A DNA stretch of 62,514 bases, counting the filler, from Globobulimina sp. (taxonomy: Eukaryota), in the NCBI GenBank assembly GCA_003354225.1. It is 31 parts of 31 records of this genome, joined end to end, with 100 filler letters (N's around TTAATTAATTAA, not from the genome) between each part and the next. Parts side by side here need not be neighbours in the genome. Positions count along the whole stretch, not along the records: positions 24,250 to 26,169 come from PIVH01010586.1; positions 26,270 to 28,189 come from PIVH01010587.1; positions 28,290 to 30,209 come from PIVH01010588.1; positions 30,310 to 32,229 come from PIVH01010589.1; positions 32,330 to 34,249 come from PIVH01010590.1; positions 34,350 to 36,269 come from PIVH01010591.1; positions 36,370 to 38,288 come from PIVH01010592.1; 24 more parts are not named here. One strand, 5' to 3'. The notes under the pieces are model-generated. The model had not been told where the DNA came from and ran no database searches. It was given only the letters and a program-made list of their open reading frames with translations. The translations under genes and the position numbers were made by a program. This document shows, piece by piece, positions 24,250 to 37,608 of the stretch; position 1 is the first letter of the stretch; each line of letters begins with the position of its first letter.

Positions 24250-26169
24250 TTTGCCTGTTCCATTCAAACGCCACAACACCAATTTCTCGGTGATTTGATA
24301 ATGAGGAAAATAAATATTTAAATAATAACTTAACAAATGAACCCAATTTATTCTGCGCAAAATATTGCACTAATTCTTCTTTTTGCAGACTTTGTAATTG
24401 CTGTAAACATAAAACCAATGTGTTGTTTAACAAAAGAATGGTTTCATTGTCATGCGATTGGGAGCAAGCAGCAGATAATAAATTATGTGCACTATGCAAA
24501 CAGTCATACAATCGACCAATTTCTATATTACTTTTCTGTATTCTCTCATCTTTCACATTGAATATCTCCACCAATGCTTCAAATGAATCATTAAATGATG
24601 GCTTTAAAAAACTAAATGCTTTGTTATATAAAGCGGGCAAAAATATATTTGCAATATCTGTCTTACATAATTTATTTGCATCGATAAATAAATGCGCAAA
24701 TCTATGGATAAATTGATGTAATAATATAGTTAGTGATTGCAATGATGATTTAACTCCAAACACACTGAAATTTGACAATATATTTATATCTTCAGTATCT
24801 TCATCATTTTTATTGTCATCAATTAGCAACAAATTATTGTCGTCGTCGCTGGGTCTTTGTATAAATTGGGTAATATCATTTATTTCATCTCCATCATTTA
24901 CATCGGTGCTTGCCGTCGAATCTAAGTCTTCATCCTCGTCTTCGTCTCCATCCATTAATTCATTTGACACTTCAATTACTTGTAAGGCGACAGTACTATG
25001 CGAATGCGATGAACATGACTTGTCATCGTCGGATTCACCGCAAAATGTCTCAATTTCAATCGGTTTCACCACGTTAATTGAAATTGGATCATTCGTCATA
25101 TCAATCATATCATTCACCGCTTTAATAGACGATGTCGACGATGTCGATGATAACAAATGTAGTCGAAATATTTTGTCCAATGTAATTGGAAATGATTCTA
25201 AACTCTCAACATTGCAATCGAGACTTGTAAAGCAATCAGCAGGGAATGGCAATTTACTATTATTATTATTCTCTTTTATTTCTTTAATATATTCATTTGT
25301 TAGCTGCTCAATAACTGCATGGCTGCCATTTTCGTCATATTTGTTGCAATATTCCTTAATAAAACAGCGATAATAATTTATATAATATTCGCATAATGAT
25401 ATTAATTGAGGGTAAATTATATCATTTATGCGCGATGCGTTTAAATTGAACATTTGGTCAATTCCGGTGCTTTTAATTTTCAGTTTGTGGGCAATAATTG
25501 TTGGTAATTGCGGCATAATGGAGCCATCGCGTATTAGTTGATGCGATATGGTGGCAACTAACATATTTATGATACAATGGTTCCACCAATGATTTATTCT
25601 CATCAGTTTTCCATCTTTTTTATATTTCATAAAATCGCAAATAGTTTTCATAGTTTCTAATATCCAAATTAATAAATCTGACGGAATATCATCTCGCCAT
25701 TCTTCTAAATCCCTATCATTATTATTATTGTTACTGACATTTATCGGTATTTGTTTCTGTGAATAATAAAATGAGAGCGATAAAACACGGGATACCACAA
25801 TCAAATGCATTGGATTGGAGGGCTCGATTGCTTTCCATGTTAATGTATCACGGATTGCTTTAATTTTTGTATTATAATTATTATAACTATTATTGTTATC
25901 ATATTTAGACAGCGGTAAGGTGCATAATAATCGCGTTAAATCCATAAACAATGCTTTATGACAATTATTAGTATTATTATTATATTTAAAATTATGCTTT
26001 AATTGATTGGATAGTAAGGAGGCAAAATATAAAATGCTATCGATATAACAGGGTTGGATTATTTTTAATGTATTGATATTTAAGGGCTTGACACATAATT
26101 GTTGGTTAAAACAAAATCCATATTCTGAAAATATCTCATGTATATTCAATAACAATTTGTCAATGTTAT
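24250..26169 (-). CDS. Large helical hypothetical protein (internal fragment)
   Basis: Open frame of more than 630 aa across the contig, with an acidic low-complexity insert. Confidence 0.65.
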
Positions 26170-26490
26170 NNNNNNNNNNNNNNNNNNNNNNNNNNNNNNN
26201 NNNNNNNNNNNNNTTAATTAATTAANNNNNNNNNNNNNNNNNNNNNNNNNNNNNNNNNNNNNNNNNNNNTAATTTTCTGATATACACAAACAAATAAATA
26301 TAACCTAGACTTAGCACTGGGGTAAAGATTGAGAATACAAATGATATTATCCAAAATTCCATACACAGACCACACAAATACCTGTCCCATGTCATTTGCT
26401 GATGATTTATGAGTTGGAAAAGAGCATTTGTATGGGTTCAAATCATTAGTTAAACACAAAAAAAACTTTGGTCATTAATTAGTCGTAGCA

Positions 26491-27075
26491 ATGGCACAGA
26501 AATCTGAGCTTGAAGAAATGAAGAATGAATGCCGTTCATTAGATCCTTCACTATATTATCCATTATGGTGGGATATAAGTGTCAACCATCGATATTTGGT
26601 ATATTCGAATAACAAAAGAACAGTACAAAATTTAGAATCTGGACATACCGCAAGAGGACCTTTTTGGAAATCAGGAAGACATATTGTTCAAATAAAAGTG
26701 CATCAAAAAGGCCATGTTGGCGTTGGCATTGTAACTAAAGCATTCCCAATTGGCCTCAAATGGGTTGGCGAAGATAAGAATTCGTATGGTTTATGGGACA
26801 GAGCTGATGTTTATATCGTACATCAAGAGAAAAAATGGGGATATCATCAACCAAATAAAAACAATCGAATTACAACGAGGAAATTGCTCATCGCCGACGG
26901 TGCCGTTGTTACTGTGGATTTAGACTTAAATGAAAGGACTTTAAATTTGGCTGTAAACGGTCAGTTTGTATCTGATGAAGATTTGTTTGAAAATATCCCA
27001 TGTCCCGCAGCTGTTGCTGCCAGTTTATGGAGAAAAGATGATTCTGTTGAAATTATAGATTACCAGAAAATGTAA
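26491..27075 (+). CDS. SPRY/B30.2-domain protein
   Basis: WKSGRHIVQIKV...VGVGIV...WVGEDKNSYGLW...VVTVDLDLNERTLNLAVNG...PAAVAASL. Confidence 0.85.
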   Translation: MAQKSELEEMKNECRSLDPSLYYPLWWDISVNHRYLVYSNNKRTVQNLESGHTARGPFWKSGRHIVQIKVHQKGHVGVGIVTKAFPIGLKWVGEDKNSYGLWDRADVYIVHQEKKWGYHQPNKNNRITTRKLLIADGAVVTVDLDLNERTLNLAVNGQFVSDEDLFENIPCPAAVAASLWRKDDSVEIIDYQKM

Positions 27076-27115
27076 CTATTTTTCCAACTGCCGACATCTG
27101 ATCTGACGCTTTGCC

Positions 27116-27241
27116 AAATACTCACATTCAAAGCAATGTTTATCTGTGTTTAATATACGGCATTATACGCTGTGCGTTGCATTCAATATGAATGTGCACA
27201 GAATAATGAATGATAGCTGCACTATTTGAATGTGAGTATTT
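27116..27241. repeat. Perfect 17-bp inverted repeat with 92-bp spacer
   Basis: AAATACTCACATTCAAA (27116-27132) and TTTGAATGTGAGTATTT (27225-27241). Confidence 0.7.
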
Positions 27242-27518
27242 CTGTATTTATATTCACAAATCCAATATATTTGACTTCTTCAAGAATTGATATGTTTGTT
27301 GATCCAAAGCTTTAGAAAAACCTCTTTACAATGGAAACTCTAACATTTCATGGAACAAATCTAGGATATGAAGACAACACAAAAAAATCCGATCAAAAGT
27401 TATTTTGCGAAGTACAAGCCATCGTATTGGCACATTACTCCACTTACGATAAATTAAATCCGTTACAACGATAATAAGGTAAGTAATGTGCTAATAAAGA
27501 AAGTTAAGCAAAATCATA

Positions 27519-27962
27519 TTGATAATGAAGAGCGCGAGGAATGCAATGCGGGGGTTTGAAGAGAATGGTTTATTACATTTAATATTAAGCTGTAATGCGA
27601 TAAATGACTGTCGTGAACAGAATGGTTCCTCAATGATCAAAAATGGATGTATCATCTCAGCAAATTGCATGATTGGCGAAAAAACCAGAATCGATAAATG
27701 TGTGTTATCTCCGTTTGTCAATATTGGCAAAAATTGTAAGATTATAAATTGTGTGATATTTAAGCATGTTACGATCGGAGATCAGTGCAAAATCTCTAAT
27801 ACCATAATATCAACAAACACAAGCATTGGCGATAAATGTGTCATTCATAATTGTAAGATTGCGAATAATGCAAAGATAGCAAAACAATCTGCATTGAAAA
27901 ATCAAACATTGCAAATTGGAACAATTAATGATCAAAATGATGATATTCTTAACATTGATTGA
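27519..27962 (+). CDS. Left-handed beta-helix hexapeptide domain, eIF2B gamma-like C-terminus (5' part missing)
   Basis: IGEKTRIDKCVL..VNIGKNCKIINCVIFKHVTIGDQCKISNTII...IGDKCVIHNC. Confidence 0.7.
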   Translation: MIMKSARNAMRGFEENGLLHLILSCNAINDCREQNGSSMIKNGCIISANCMIGEKTRIDKCVLSPFVNIGKNCKIINCVIFKHVTIGDQCKISNTIISTNTSIGDKCVIHNCKIANNAKIAKQSALKNQTLQIGTINDQNDDILNID

Positions 27963-28289
27963 CTGACTTGTTCTGATTAATTAGTAAACTTACCTTACTC
28001 TTAAAATTAAGCAACCAATCACAAAAACAGGCAAACAAAAAATTAAATCATTGCTTAATTATCAAACAATCACAACGACCATCTTTTGATGAATTTATAT
28101 TCCATTTTTTATCATTAAATCTTTGTTTTATGGACTCATTCAAAATATCACTTAACCAGGTTTTTTTATCTTCTTTTCTCCCTGCTCTANNNNNNNNNNN
28201 NNNNNNNNNNNNNNNNNNNNNNNNNNNNNNNNNTTAATTAATTAANNNNNNNNNNNNNNNNNNNNNNNNNNNNNNNNNNNNNNNNNNNN

Positions 28290-29908
28290 TTGAAAAGAAA
28301 AAGAAAATTGATGTTTCAATCACAAAAACTACAAAACTTAAAACAAAAAACCACACAAAACAAAACAAAACAAAACATATTATTAAAAAAGTTAAAATTA
28401 TTTAAAACAACAACATTCCGCAAAATAAATTGAGAAATAACCATCACCACTCGACGGAATTCGGGAGATAACCTGTACGTAGTATCTTCATCTCCTGTCA
28501 GTACACCAACAATCAAAGAACTCGTTCCATTAAAACCGTTATTTAAACACGCAACAAATCCTAATGCTGTGGCTAAATATTGCTTTGTGCAAATTAATCC
28601 AACTGCTGGCCATAATATTGCCGAACCGATCGACATTCCAAAGCCAAAACAGACCAAACCAATAATTGGATTCATATCACTCGGCGCAAAGCCTAATATT
28701 AAATGTGATATCGTCAAGAACAAAGCAGACAAAGTTAACAATTGACATCGTTTCCCATATTTATCAGTAATAAAACCACAAATTGGAATAGCAAACGCTG
28801 ACATAAACAAAGGAATTGGTGCCAACTCATTCCCTCTTTCATATGACATATCATATCTTTGTTGAAGGAGAGATGAACCAATATTTGTAAATGATCGATA
28901 AGAGGCATAAAAGCACATTAATGCTAAGGTTAATATCCAAAATCTAGTGTCGAATGCGCCCTTCCATAAACCAGGCAAATTAAATTTAGATCCAGAGCTT
29001 CCTTCAGTTACTATCAACGGTTTATTTTCAGTTTCCATATGTGGTAAACTCCGTGTTTTAATATCATTGTTTGAGTATTTACATCTGCTGTAAACAAAAA
29101 ATAATATAAACAAAATTAATGACAACATTACTAATGTCCAACCAACAGATAATGCAGCAACAACTCCATTAATTATATATTTCTCCTCGTTACGATCTTT
29201 GTTGACTGCCTTGAATATAAACGTTGTTACATACGATTGAACTGCGGACGCACTGCGCGATGCAAATAAAGTTAGACCAGCAGCAAATGCGTATTCTTTG
29301 CCTATGAAATATTCATAATAATAATACTTTCGTGAGGTTTGAAATGATTGATTGGCGCCACCAAAAATCGCACGACCGAATATCATCAATGGATATGACG
29401 ATTGCATGCAGCCAAACACCCAAATTGTTTGCCCGATTGCAGCTATTGTATAAAATAGTAATGAGGCTGGATTGAGACCAATATAATCAATCAACAATGC
29501 AGAGATTAATGGTAAAATTACATTCACATAGCCGGAAATACCATATAATAAGTTATACTCAACTGGCGATAAATTATACGCATTCCCATCTTCTAATTTA
29601 CTTTGTAACGCAAATGGATTTTCGTAACAGTAAACAAGAGAGAATACACAAATGCAAACAATTAGTAATACAATCCATCTAAACCCGTCTTGTTTAGATT
29701 TATCGTATAATATTATGTCAATATCAGTCGATAAACTTGGTTCACATTCTTTAATTGTTGTCATGGGTAAAATTTGACTAACTTCAACTACACTTGGATC
29801 TTGTTTTGAGATTTGTGCAATAGGATTGGCTAATTTCTCATGAATTTCAGCTATACCATAACCTTGCGCTATCAACTTTATATTTGGTACATGATCGAAT
29901 AATATCAT
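28290..29908 (-). CDS. MFSD1: MFS transporter, MFSD1-like (3' partial; last part probably intronic)
   Basis: RWIVL...YCYENPFALQ...YNLLY...LIDYIG...GRAIFG...GFITDKYGKR...ILWP; donor-like CAG|GTTATC near 28472 followed by T-rich sequence. Confidence 0.85.
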
Positions 29909-30309
29909 AGGCTATTACTACGTACCTTTTTTTTTTGTTTGCCATTGTGATTTCAACTCAGTACAGAATTTTAAATTTTGAATCTTACTCAATCTTACTC
30001 AAAAATGTCAACTTATCATTAGACTAAGACTAACTAAGTTCGGAGGTTAAACATTCGAAAAAGCCTCTTTGTTTACTACCGAAGGGCTAGAGCTGCAAGC
30101 GTTCTAAAAAGTGATTCACGTCCCTTCGAAACATCTATCAAGATATACATATCCAAAAATTCATTTCAAAATTACCTCTTACATAAAATTATTATACTCA
30201 TAAACACCCNNNNNNNNNNNNNNNNNNNNNNNNNNNNNNNNNNNNNNNNNNNNTTAATTAATTAANNNNNNNNNNNNNNNNNNNNNNNNNNNNNNNNNNN
30301 NNNNNNNNN

Positions 30310-30738
30310 GTTAAAGTCGTTTTCGATGAATTTCCATGCGTTGCAGCAACATTTAAGCGGAAACATGTGAGGAAATTCCTGTTTATCATTGCTGTGTTGT
30401 AATGAAGTGCTTACCTCACGGAAACCGCCCAGCGAATTGACTAATAATTGATAAAATGAATAAACAGTGACTGCTTCGTAAAAATCGCGTATTGCGTTCA
30501 GATATACCGAGGAGCTCGGATATAATATGCCAAACCAACTTTCAATGGAGTACACTGGAACCATTAATAAAATACGAATAATATAGCGTCGAATATATTT
30601 GTGGTGATCAGAATGTAGTACATGTACATGTCTATAAATTTCATAAAATGACGTTGTTATGGCGAGAAAAGCAAAAAACCCACCGATTATCCAAGCCCAT
30701 GTATGAGAGTGAAGACCAAACAAACCCATTATGTTCAA
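30310..30738 (-). CDS. TMEM184: TMEM184/organic solute transporter alpha family (3' partial)
   Basis: RYIIRILLMVPVYSIESW...IRDFYEAVTVYSFYQLL...HMFPLKCC. Confidence 0.88.
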
Positions 30739-30846
30739 TTCAAAAAATTAAAGTTTTTCAGTTTATGCCGTGTAATTGCACCCAGTACGTTCAGATTCTC
30801 GATTTTTTTCACCAAAGGATTTTAATACATTAATTATATTACAATG

Positions 30847-31749
30847 TCAATGAGGCTCAAAATATTCAGGATTGTGCCACATATCAGGACTCGAATCACT
30901 TCGTTGAGGAGAAGGAGAGCTGTCTGAAGAAGGAGAGCTGTCTGGAGAAGGAGATCTACGGCGATAACTGTTATCATCCGCTTGTATGGTATAATTATTT
31001 CCGCTTGTTTTGCTTTTGCTTTTCTTGTATTTTGATCCACCGAATGCACCACAACAGCAAAGACAACAACATGCAGCAGCACCAAAAAGGAAATTTTGCC
31101 AATCCAATAAACTCCACGTATCCGTTGGGCACATTACCTCCCAATAACTGTCATTATTATTTCCATCTGACACAGGAACATCATAAAATGGCAACGTTAT
31201 ATTAAACTCACTCATCCATTCACAACCTCCAACAAATCTTGTTGTATTCTTTAGAGATTGGCATTCATCATAATCTCCATCATAATCTTCATACATTTTC
31301 AATACTAATGAATCTGAAGAACAATCCAATGACCATGCTGCATTAGGTACGGTTGGCGGACTCCAGCAATCCGTCACAAATGAATATTCAACAAATGAGT
31401 CAGATTCGTTTTTATGACATTTATTCTGAGCGAGCCCATTGTTTTTATGATACTGTCGAACTGTCGCATGATCACAAATATCACCGGAACACGCAAAATG
31501 TGCAGGTATTATCGTTTGAGAGTTATATGTTCCAGAACATTGAGCATTATTTGGATACCAATGTATAGTGATATACTCACCAAATATGTCACATCGATAA
31601 ATATAACTGCTGGTATTTAGACCATATGATTGATATTGCATACAAACTTCGGTTGGAACTAACCAACCAGATTCTGCTGCAAAATACCTGCAATATTTGG
31701 TGGAATATGTACATTTTGCAAAAATAAACAGGCAAACGAACAGTGACAT
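30847..31749 (-). CDS. Type I membrane protein with Cys-rich ectodomain and Ser/Pro-rich tail
   Basis: Signal peptide MSLFVCLFIFAKCTYS; TM FLFGAAACCCLCCCGAF; tail RRRSPSPDSSPSSDSSPSP. Confidence 0.65.
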   Translation of the reverse strand: MSLFVCLFIFAKCTYSTKYCRYFAAESGWLVPTEVCMQYQSYGLNTSSYIYRCDIFGEYITIHWYPNNAQCSGTYNSQTIIPAHFACSGDICDHATVRQYHKNNGLAQNKCHKNESDSFVEYSFVTDCWSPPTVPNAAWSLDCSSDSLVLKMYEDYDGDYDECQSLKNTTRFVGGCEWMSEFNITLPFYDVPVSDGNNNDSYWEVMCPTDTWSLLDWQNFLFGAAACCCLCCCGAFGGSKYKKSKSKTSGNNYTIQADDNSYRRRSPSPDSSPSSDSSPSPQRSDSSPDMWHNPEYFEPH

Positions 31750-31989
31750 TGTAACAGAATCCAAACTAAAAACTGTACAAAGGAATTGTTGAATGCTAAA
31801 AGTCCCACTAAAATGTGTCTGTGTTAAATGTGTTTGTGTGTGTATTTGGTGCAATATTTGTAGATGTTTTGTTGATTCTATTTCGTAGTTTGTCGCATTT
31901 ATTGTGAATATGCTTTTCTTTGAATTTGATGTTTTTGGTTTGTGGTGTTTGGTTCTAGAGATGGCTAAGAAAATGATGCTTTTCTTTTC

Positions 31990-32019
31990 ATACCTTCTCG
32001 GCCTTTTGGCTAAGATCAA
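31990..32019 (+). pseudogene. U2: U2 snRNA 5' fragment (30 nt, truncated before the branch-point recognition sequence)
   Basis: ATACCTTCTCGGCCTTTTGGCTAAGATCAA matches the conserved U2 5' end/stem I; the expected GTGTAGTATCTG and Sm site do not follow. Confidence 0.8.
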
Positions 32020-32396
32020 CACTGTGAATCGAATTCCTTGATTTGGAAATAGGACTGAAGCGCCATCGAAAAAGAAGTAGCAGCAAATCCAAATGAACAT
32101 TTTTATTATGGAATTCGGATTGATAAATTTACCGGACCGTATTTAGAAAATATTGAGTGGTGTTGATATGCGATATTGGCGTAAACAAAGTGTTCATTCA
32201 GTCGCGGTTGACAAATTATTAAACGATAANNNNNNNNNNNNNNNNNNNNNNNNNNNNNNNNNNNNNNNNNNNNTTAATTAATTAANNNNNNNNNNNNNNN
32301 NNNNNNNNNNNNNNNNNNNNNNNNNNNNNAACACAAACTCCCATTTTGATTAAATTAAAGTGGAAAATTGTTGCGAAAAACCTCAAATCAAACAAA

Positions 32397-34249
32397 ATGA
32401 CAACTTCCTGGAGTGTTGACACAGAGAGGCATTGTTACTCGTCAGGAACAGACACACCATATTGGTTAATCATTATTTAAATTCTTATATGATCCATGTT
32501 GTCGCATTTATAGTAAACCATCCAAAGATATTGAATATCCCTCCATTATTTACCTATCTATTTACAAAAACACTCACAATGACAACATTGACAATAATGA
32601 ATATGATTTAGACAATGATCCAGATTCAAACAGCAGCGAATATGACTTTGATGGAATCTCCACTGTAACACATAAAGCAACCATCGATGTAGCAATACAA
32701 CAAACGTTGTTAGAAGGACATGAAAATGCATCTATAATGAAAGATGATTCTGGTAACATAATAAACCATGACATATCCTTATCGACCAACGAGATATCGG
32801 GATATTATAAATTACTGAAGCCAGACTTATATGATAAATATCCAATATATGAGAGTACGCATAAAACATTATCATCTGACACTTTATTGCTTCATTACAT
32901 AGGGACGACGGGGCAGTATGATCTTGATAATAAACTCTGTAATCTCGGTTGGGCCATCTCATATAAATCATTATATGGTTTTAGAAACGAGTTATTTCAA
33001 AGAATTGCTTGTCAAAATAACGAAGATAATATAGATGAAGATAACAAAGCAAATATTAGTGATAATCGAGTATTGCCAATAAGTATCAATTCAGCAAACT
33101 ACATTGATATGAAAAATGTCAACGTATATGATAACAATGCACAACTTCGAATGGAACGAATGAGATTAAGAGGCGTTGATGAATGTATTTGGAAGCTATG
33201 TCAGTTGGACAGTTATCAGAATTTAAATAAATACGAATCAGAAATAATATGTTATGATGGCAATGGACGTATAATTGACGGAGATGATGACATAGCATTG
33301 AATGCGGTTAAATTGCAGTTGAACGATTTTTGTTTGATAACAGCTGAGCTGATGGACACTATCAATGTCAATGGCAATTATAATTTGTTGTACAATGTAA
33401 ATAAAAGAAAAAGTAGAACTCCGCACAGCAGACCACCACCGACACCAAAATCACGCGCACATCCTTCATTCAGCTCTGTTTTGTCTCATTCAGCTTGTGT
33501 GATACAACATTCTTTGATGACAAATGAGCTAATTTTGCGGTTTCAACATGAAACAGATGCGGATATTCAAATATTTGTCGTCAACAAAGCAGTGCCATTC
33601 AAATCATTACGGCATAGATCACGGCATAGATGTACCCACAAAGTAAACATTCCACGCGCTGCGATATTCCATTCTAAATTGCAGCAATTTATTGCGTACG
33701 TTCCTGCTAATTATGACGACGCAGCAATAAATATATTGGATGGCTCAGAATGGAGAATGATTGAATGGCAATGGAAAACCATAAATAATTTGAAAATATC
33801 AGTCTCATATATTGTATGTAATTATTACTTTGTGCAGTTACTAAGTATTTGGGTATTGAGCATCGGATTATATCAATGGTATGAAGATATTGCATCATTT
33901 ATCAAATATTATCAGCAATATCATGATACAGACTCATATTGGAAACAATATGAATGTTATGCTTTTATAGTAACTAATACGCCGAATATGAAACAATTGG
34001 TATTGATGATTGGTTTAATTTTTTGGGGAATGAGAACGGGATTTGGCGGATTAAACTATGCCGCTTATTTACAGAAACAAACCATTTTCCAGAAGACTTT
34101 AGTAATTAGCTACTCATTGTTATTGTTGTTGGTGATTCCTCCCATGTTTACACATTATTTACCAATGTTTATATCATTTTTTTTATTTGTTTATATTGTT
34201 TTAGTCTGCATGCGAATGGTTGGTAGATGTTTTTGTGAGGAGCATATAA
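32397..34249 (+). CDS. Hypothetical protein with C-terminal multi-TM region (3' partial)
   Basis: ATG 32397, intron 32465-32513, then in frame with the long ORF; at least 4 hydrophobic helices at the end. Confidence 0.6.
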
Positions 34250-34349
34250 NNNNNNNNNNNNNNNNNNNNNNNNNNNNNNNNNNNNNNNNNNNNTTAATTA
34301 ATTAANNNNNNNNNNNNNNNNNNNNNNNNNNNNNNNNNNNNNNNNNNNN

Positions 34350-36269
34350 ATGAGACATTGTCTGTGTCGTTAATAAATTTTTTTTTATTTTTTTTCTTTG
34401 TATCAACAATATTATCAACAATGATTAATGATGGCGTCCCAATCGACAATGCTTTGCTGATTGCGGTTTGAAATCGCCAATGTGAATGAAGCCAATAATG
34501 CGAAAATTCATCACTCCGAAAACCAAAACTAAACGAATACATTGCAGTTGCCGATTGAATGCGATATTTATACGAAAAGTAATATGTCCCACTGAATAAT
34601 ACAGATAGAATGGATGAAAAAACTGTGCCCCAAAATACAATATTTATACCACCATTCAACGATTTTAAGTCCCCCGACTCGATACTTTCGACAATAAAAT
34701 AAAATGTAATTTGTAATATTAAAAAGGGAAAATTCTCAAATAAAACATTGGTTACAAATCTTTCCGATCGAACGCGTATCAGTTCTGAATATGGCAAATG
34801 CATTGAAAATAAAATACGTGGGAAAAGTAATGAATTTGTAAATTCGAGAGCTGGGTGGACGCCACCTGTAATTAGACATATTAATAATAAAATCCATGAA
34901 TATCTTTCCAACCATTTTGAGGATACATGTGGTGCCGCATCCTGCTGCCATAACTGATTTAAAAATGAATAATAACACAGATTCATTGTATATGGAATAA
35001 CTATGAATAACGCACCGATTATAAACATAATGTAAAACTCAATTCGTTTTCCCCAATAAACTGTAAAATAATACAAATATATAACATATGCTAAATCACT
35101 GAAGAAATCCCATAATTCTAATACCATCCAAACCACTGCAAAATAGTTGATTGGATCTGATCGACTGTACCTCTTCTTACCGAAATAAAAAACTGTAAAT
35201 ATTGTTAAAATACCTAAGCAACATATAGTTATTAAAAAAATGGTGGTAAACATTGATATCTTATCATTAATGCCATGCATTATTGATACTGCATTCCTAT
35301 CCGTATCGCCTTGTACTTTTATGCTATGAACACTTGTGATATTACAAGATTGCCATAAACTAATTTGTAACGATGCAATTTCACCAGAGATATTAAAGTT
35401 TATTGTATAATATTGAACACGTGACATATTCCACCAATCTTCAATCACTAAATCTAAATCTGAATCATTATCATCCTCTCTTAGTGCCAAATATCGTTTA
35501 CTACCATCAGTATAATCTCGCACAGTAAATACAAATGCTAATAATTCATTATTACTTACAGTGACAGCTGTTTCTTCAATACAATACATGGAATTAAATA
35601 CGATGTCTGCTTCATTATTATTTACATTTAATTGTTGGGTTGTAAATAATTGAGCATTGCCTGTGTTTAATTGAGTAATATCATTGCTTCTCCACATTTT
35701 CCCTTCAATAAAAAACCAATTATTTCGAGTATCATTTGTGGCAGCAATGGTAAATGAGACTATTTCTATGCATTGGATATTGGATATATATGCAGATATT
35801 TCAGCAATTGGAACAATTGGATAATTAACAGAGGCAATGTTATTAGTAAATGTTGCAAAAATTGTTTCAGAGGGCTTATTTATATCCATTATGTCACCGA
35901 TATTATTTAATGTGATGGAAGCAAGAGCTTCTACTGCAATGGCGCTATTATTATAAAATGTGTATTGAATATTACCTCGATATTTATAATCATTAATTGG
36001 ATATATAAAACATGTTAATTGTGTTTCTATATTTGAATTTATTGCTATGTTTTGTATGTGACGATAGATAAAATTATAGTTATATTGATCATAGGTGTGA
36101 TTTAAACCTAAATATGTTGTAATTTTGTTAGTATTTGCATCTTGAATGTTCTCCAATCGAAGTAGCGTTGTACAAAAGAATGCATAGTCCTCATATGGGA
36201 TACAGGTATCACCAAATAATTTTGTAAATGAAATGGTTTGTTGTTGCGTAGGGTAGAATGTGACTAGAA
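34350..36269 (-). CDS. Large ectodomain plus multi-TM protein (partial at both ends)
   Basis: About 6-7 TM block with ELWDFFSD and LFENFPFLILQ (XK-like ExxPQxxxQ-type motif). Confidence 0.65.
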
Positions 36270-36650
36270 NNNNNNNNNNNNNNNNNNNNNNNNNNNNNNN
36301 NNNNNNNNNNNNNTTAATTAATTAANNNNNNNNNNNNNNNNNNNNNNNNNNNNNNNNNNNNNNNNNNNNATTAAATGTGTTTATAAACAATTATATTACA
36401 TTTTATTTTATTTTTTCTCTCTCTCTGTTTGTTTGGTTCATCAATTTTTTATCTCTTTCTATATCCATACATTTTTTTGTTTGATTTAATATTTTTATTG
36501 AATCATTTTAGTTTTGTTGGGTTTTTTAATAGTATTACAAGTATATTTTGCTGTTTTTATTTTTTATTCTCTGATTGAAATTATATTGTATTAGATTTAA
36601 TCCATTTGCGAGATTAATTATATCTTCAACCAAAAATAAAAGTGAATTTT

Positions 36651-36663
36651 GTGTGCAAGGATA
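36651..36663 (-). promoter_or_regulatory. TATCCTYGCAC 3' motif
   Basis: TATCCTTGCACAC on the - strand, 45 bp after the - strand stop at 36709. Confidence 0.55.
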
Positions 36664-36708
36664 GTTTTGAAAAACAAAAAGAACATAAATAATTGAGTGC
36701 GAATGATG

Positions 36709-37531
36709 TCATTTATTTTTGATATTGCTTGAAGCCAAAAAGTCAGTAGTTATCATTTCAAAATTACTGTATGATGTATCTGAGTGTGAATTGTTATTTA
36801 TACTGTGGCTATGCGATGATACTTCAACAACGTTTTTAATGACCATCGTATAATTTGTATGGTTGCCATCTGATTCATTGCTTGTTTGGTAATTTGGATG
36901 TCGATTGTTTTCAAGATTTTGTATCTGGTGTGCTATTTTATTGATATTTAGTCCATCCTCAGTGATGACTCCGTCGCAGATGGGACATAAAATGTGTTCG
37001 ATTTGTTTTCTCCAATCTTGTGTTAAATGAAAATTCATTTTAACAAAGCCATCCATCCATATATTGTAACAATTAGAGCAAATTATATGTTGCAAGGCGC
37101 AGTTTTCCTTATTTTTCTCAAATATATCATCCGATGCGGTCAATTCGACTGAACAGCCATCACATAAAGAATATCCTCGTTGTGCCTGTTGTCGCTCTAC
37201 ATCTCCAAATTCAAGCTCTTCTTCCACCATTTCATATGTCTGTAAATCATACACAGTACACATCACATGTTATGATATAGCAAACGTATTAACTGATAAC
37301 TGATTTATATTTGCCAACACGTGACAGAATGTAATGTGAAACAATAAGAAATATGATTCCAATGAAGAATGTAACAATCAGCCACATGATAGAAATTCCA
37401 TAAACTAAATTCAATACCAAACAAGTCATCGGAACGAAAAAAGTCCACAGTACAAAAATCCAGCGAATCCAGTCCCATGTGTTACAATCAAGATCCACTT
37501 CCACATACGAAGGAACAGCACCAGGCATCAT
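36709..37531 (-). CDS. Two-TM RING-finger protein
   Basis: Two TMs, putative intron 37240-37318, then CDGC...CALQHIICSNC...CPIC. Confidence 0.6.
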
Positions 37532-37608
37532 TATGTTGTACTGTTGATAGACTATGATAGTTCAACGAAAACTGTAAAAAAAGTTCAGCTCGCTTCCAAG
37601 TCCTAACC

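Noticed and set aside
31750-32100. N-terminal 117 aa of the 417-aa ORF
   Set aside because: Low-complexity leader overlapping the U2 fragment; the signal peptide begins at the ATG at 31749.
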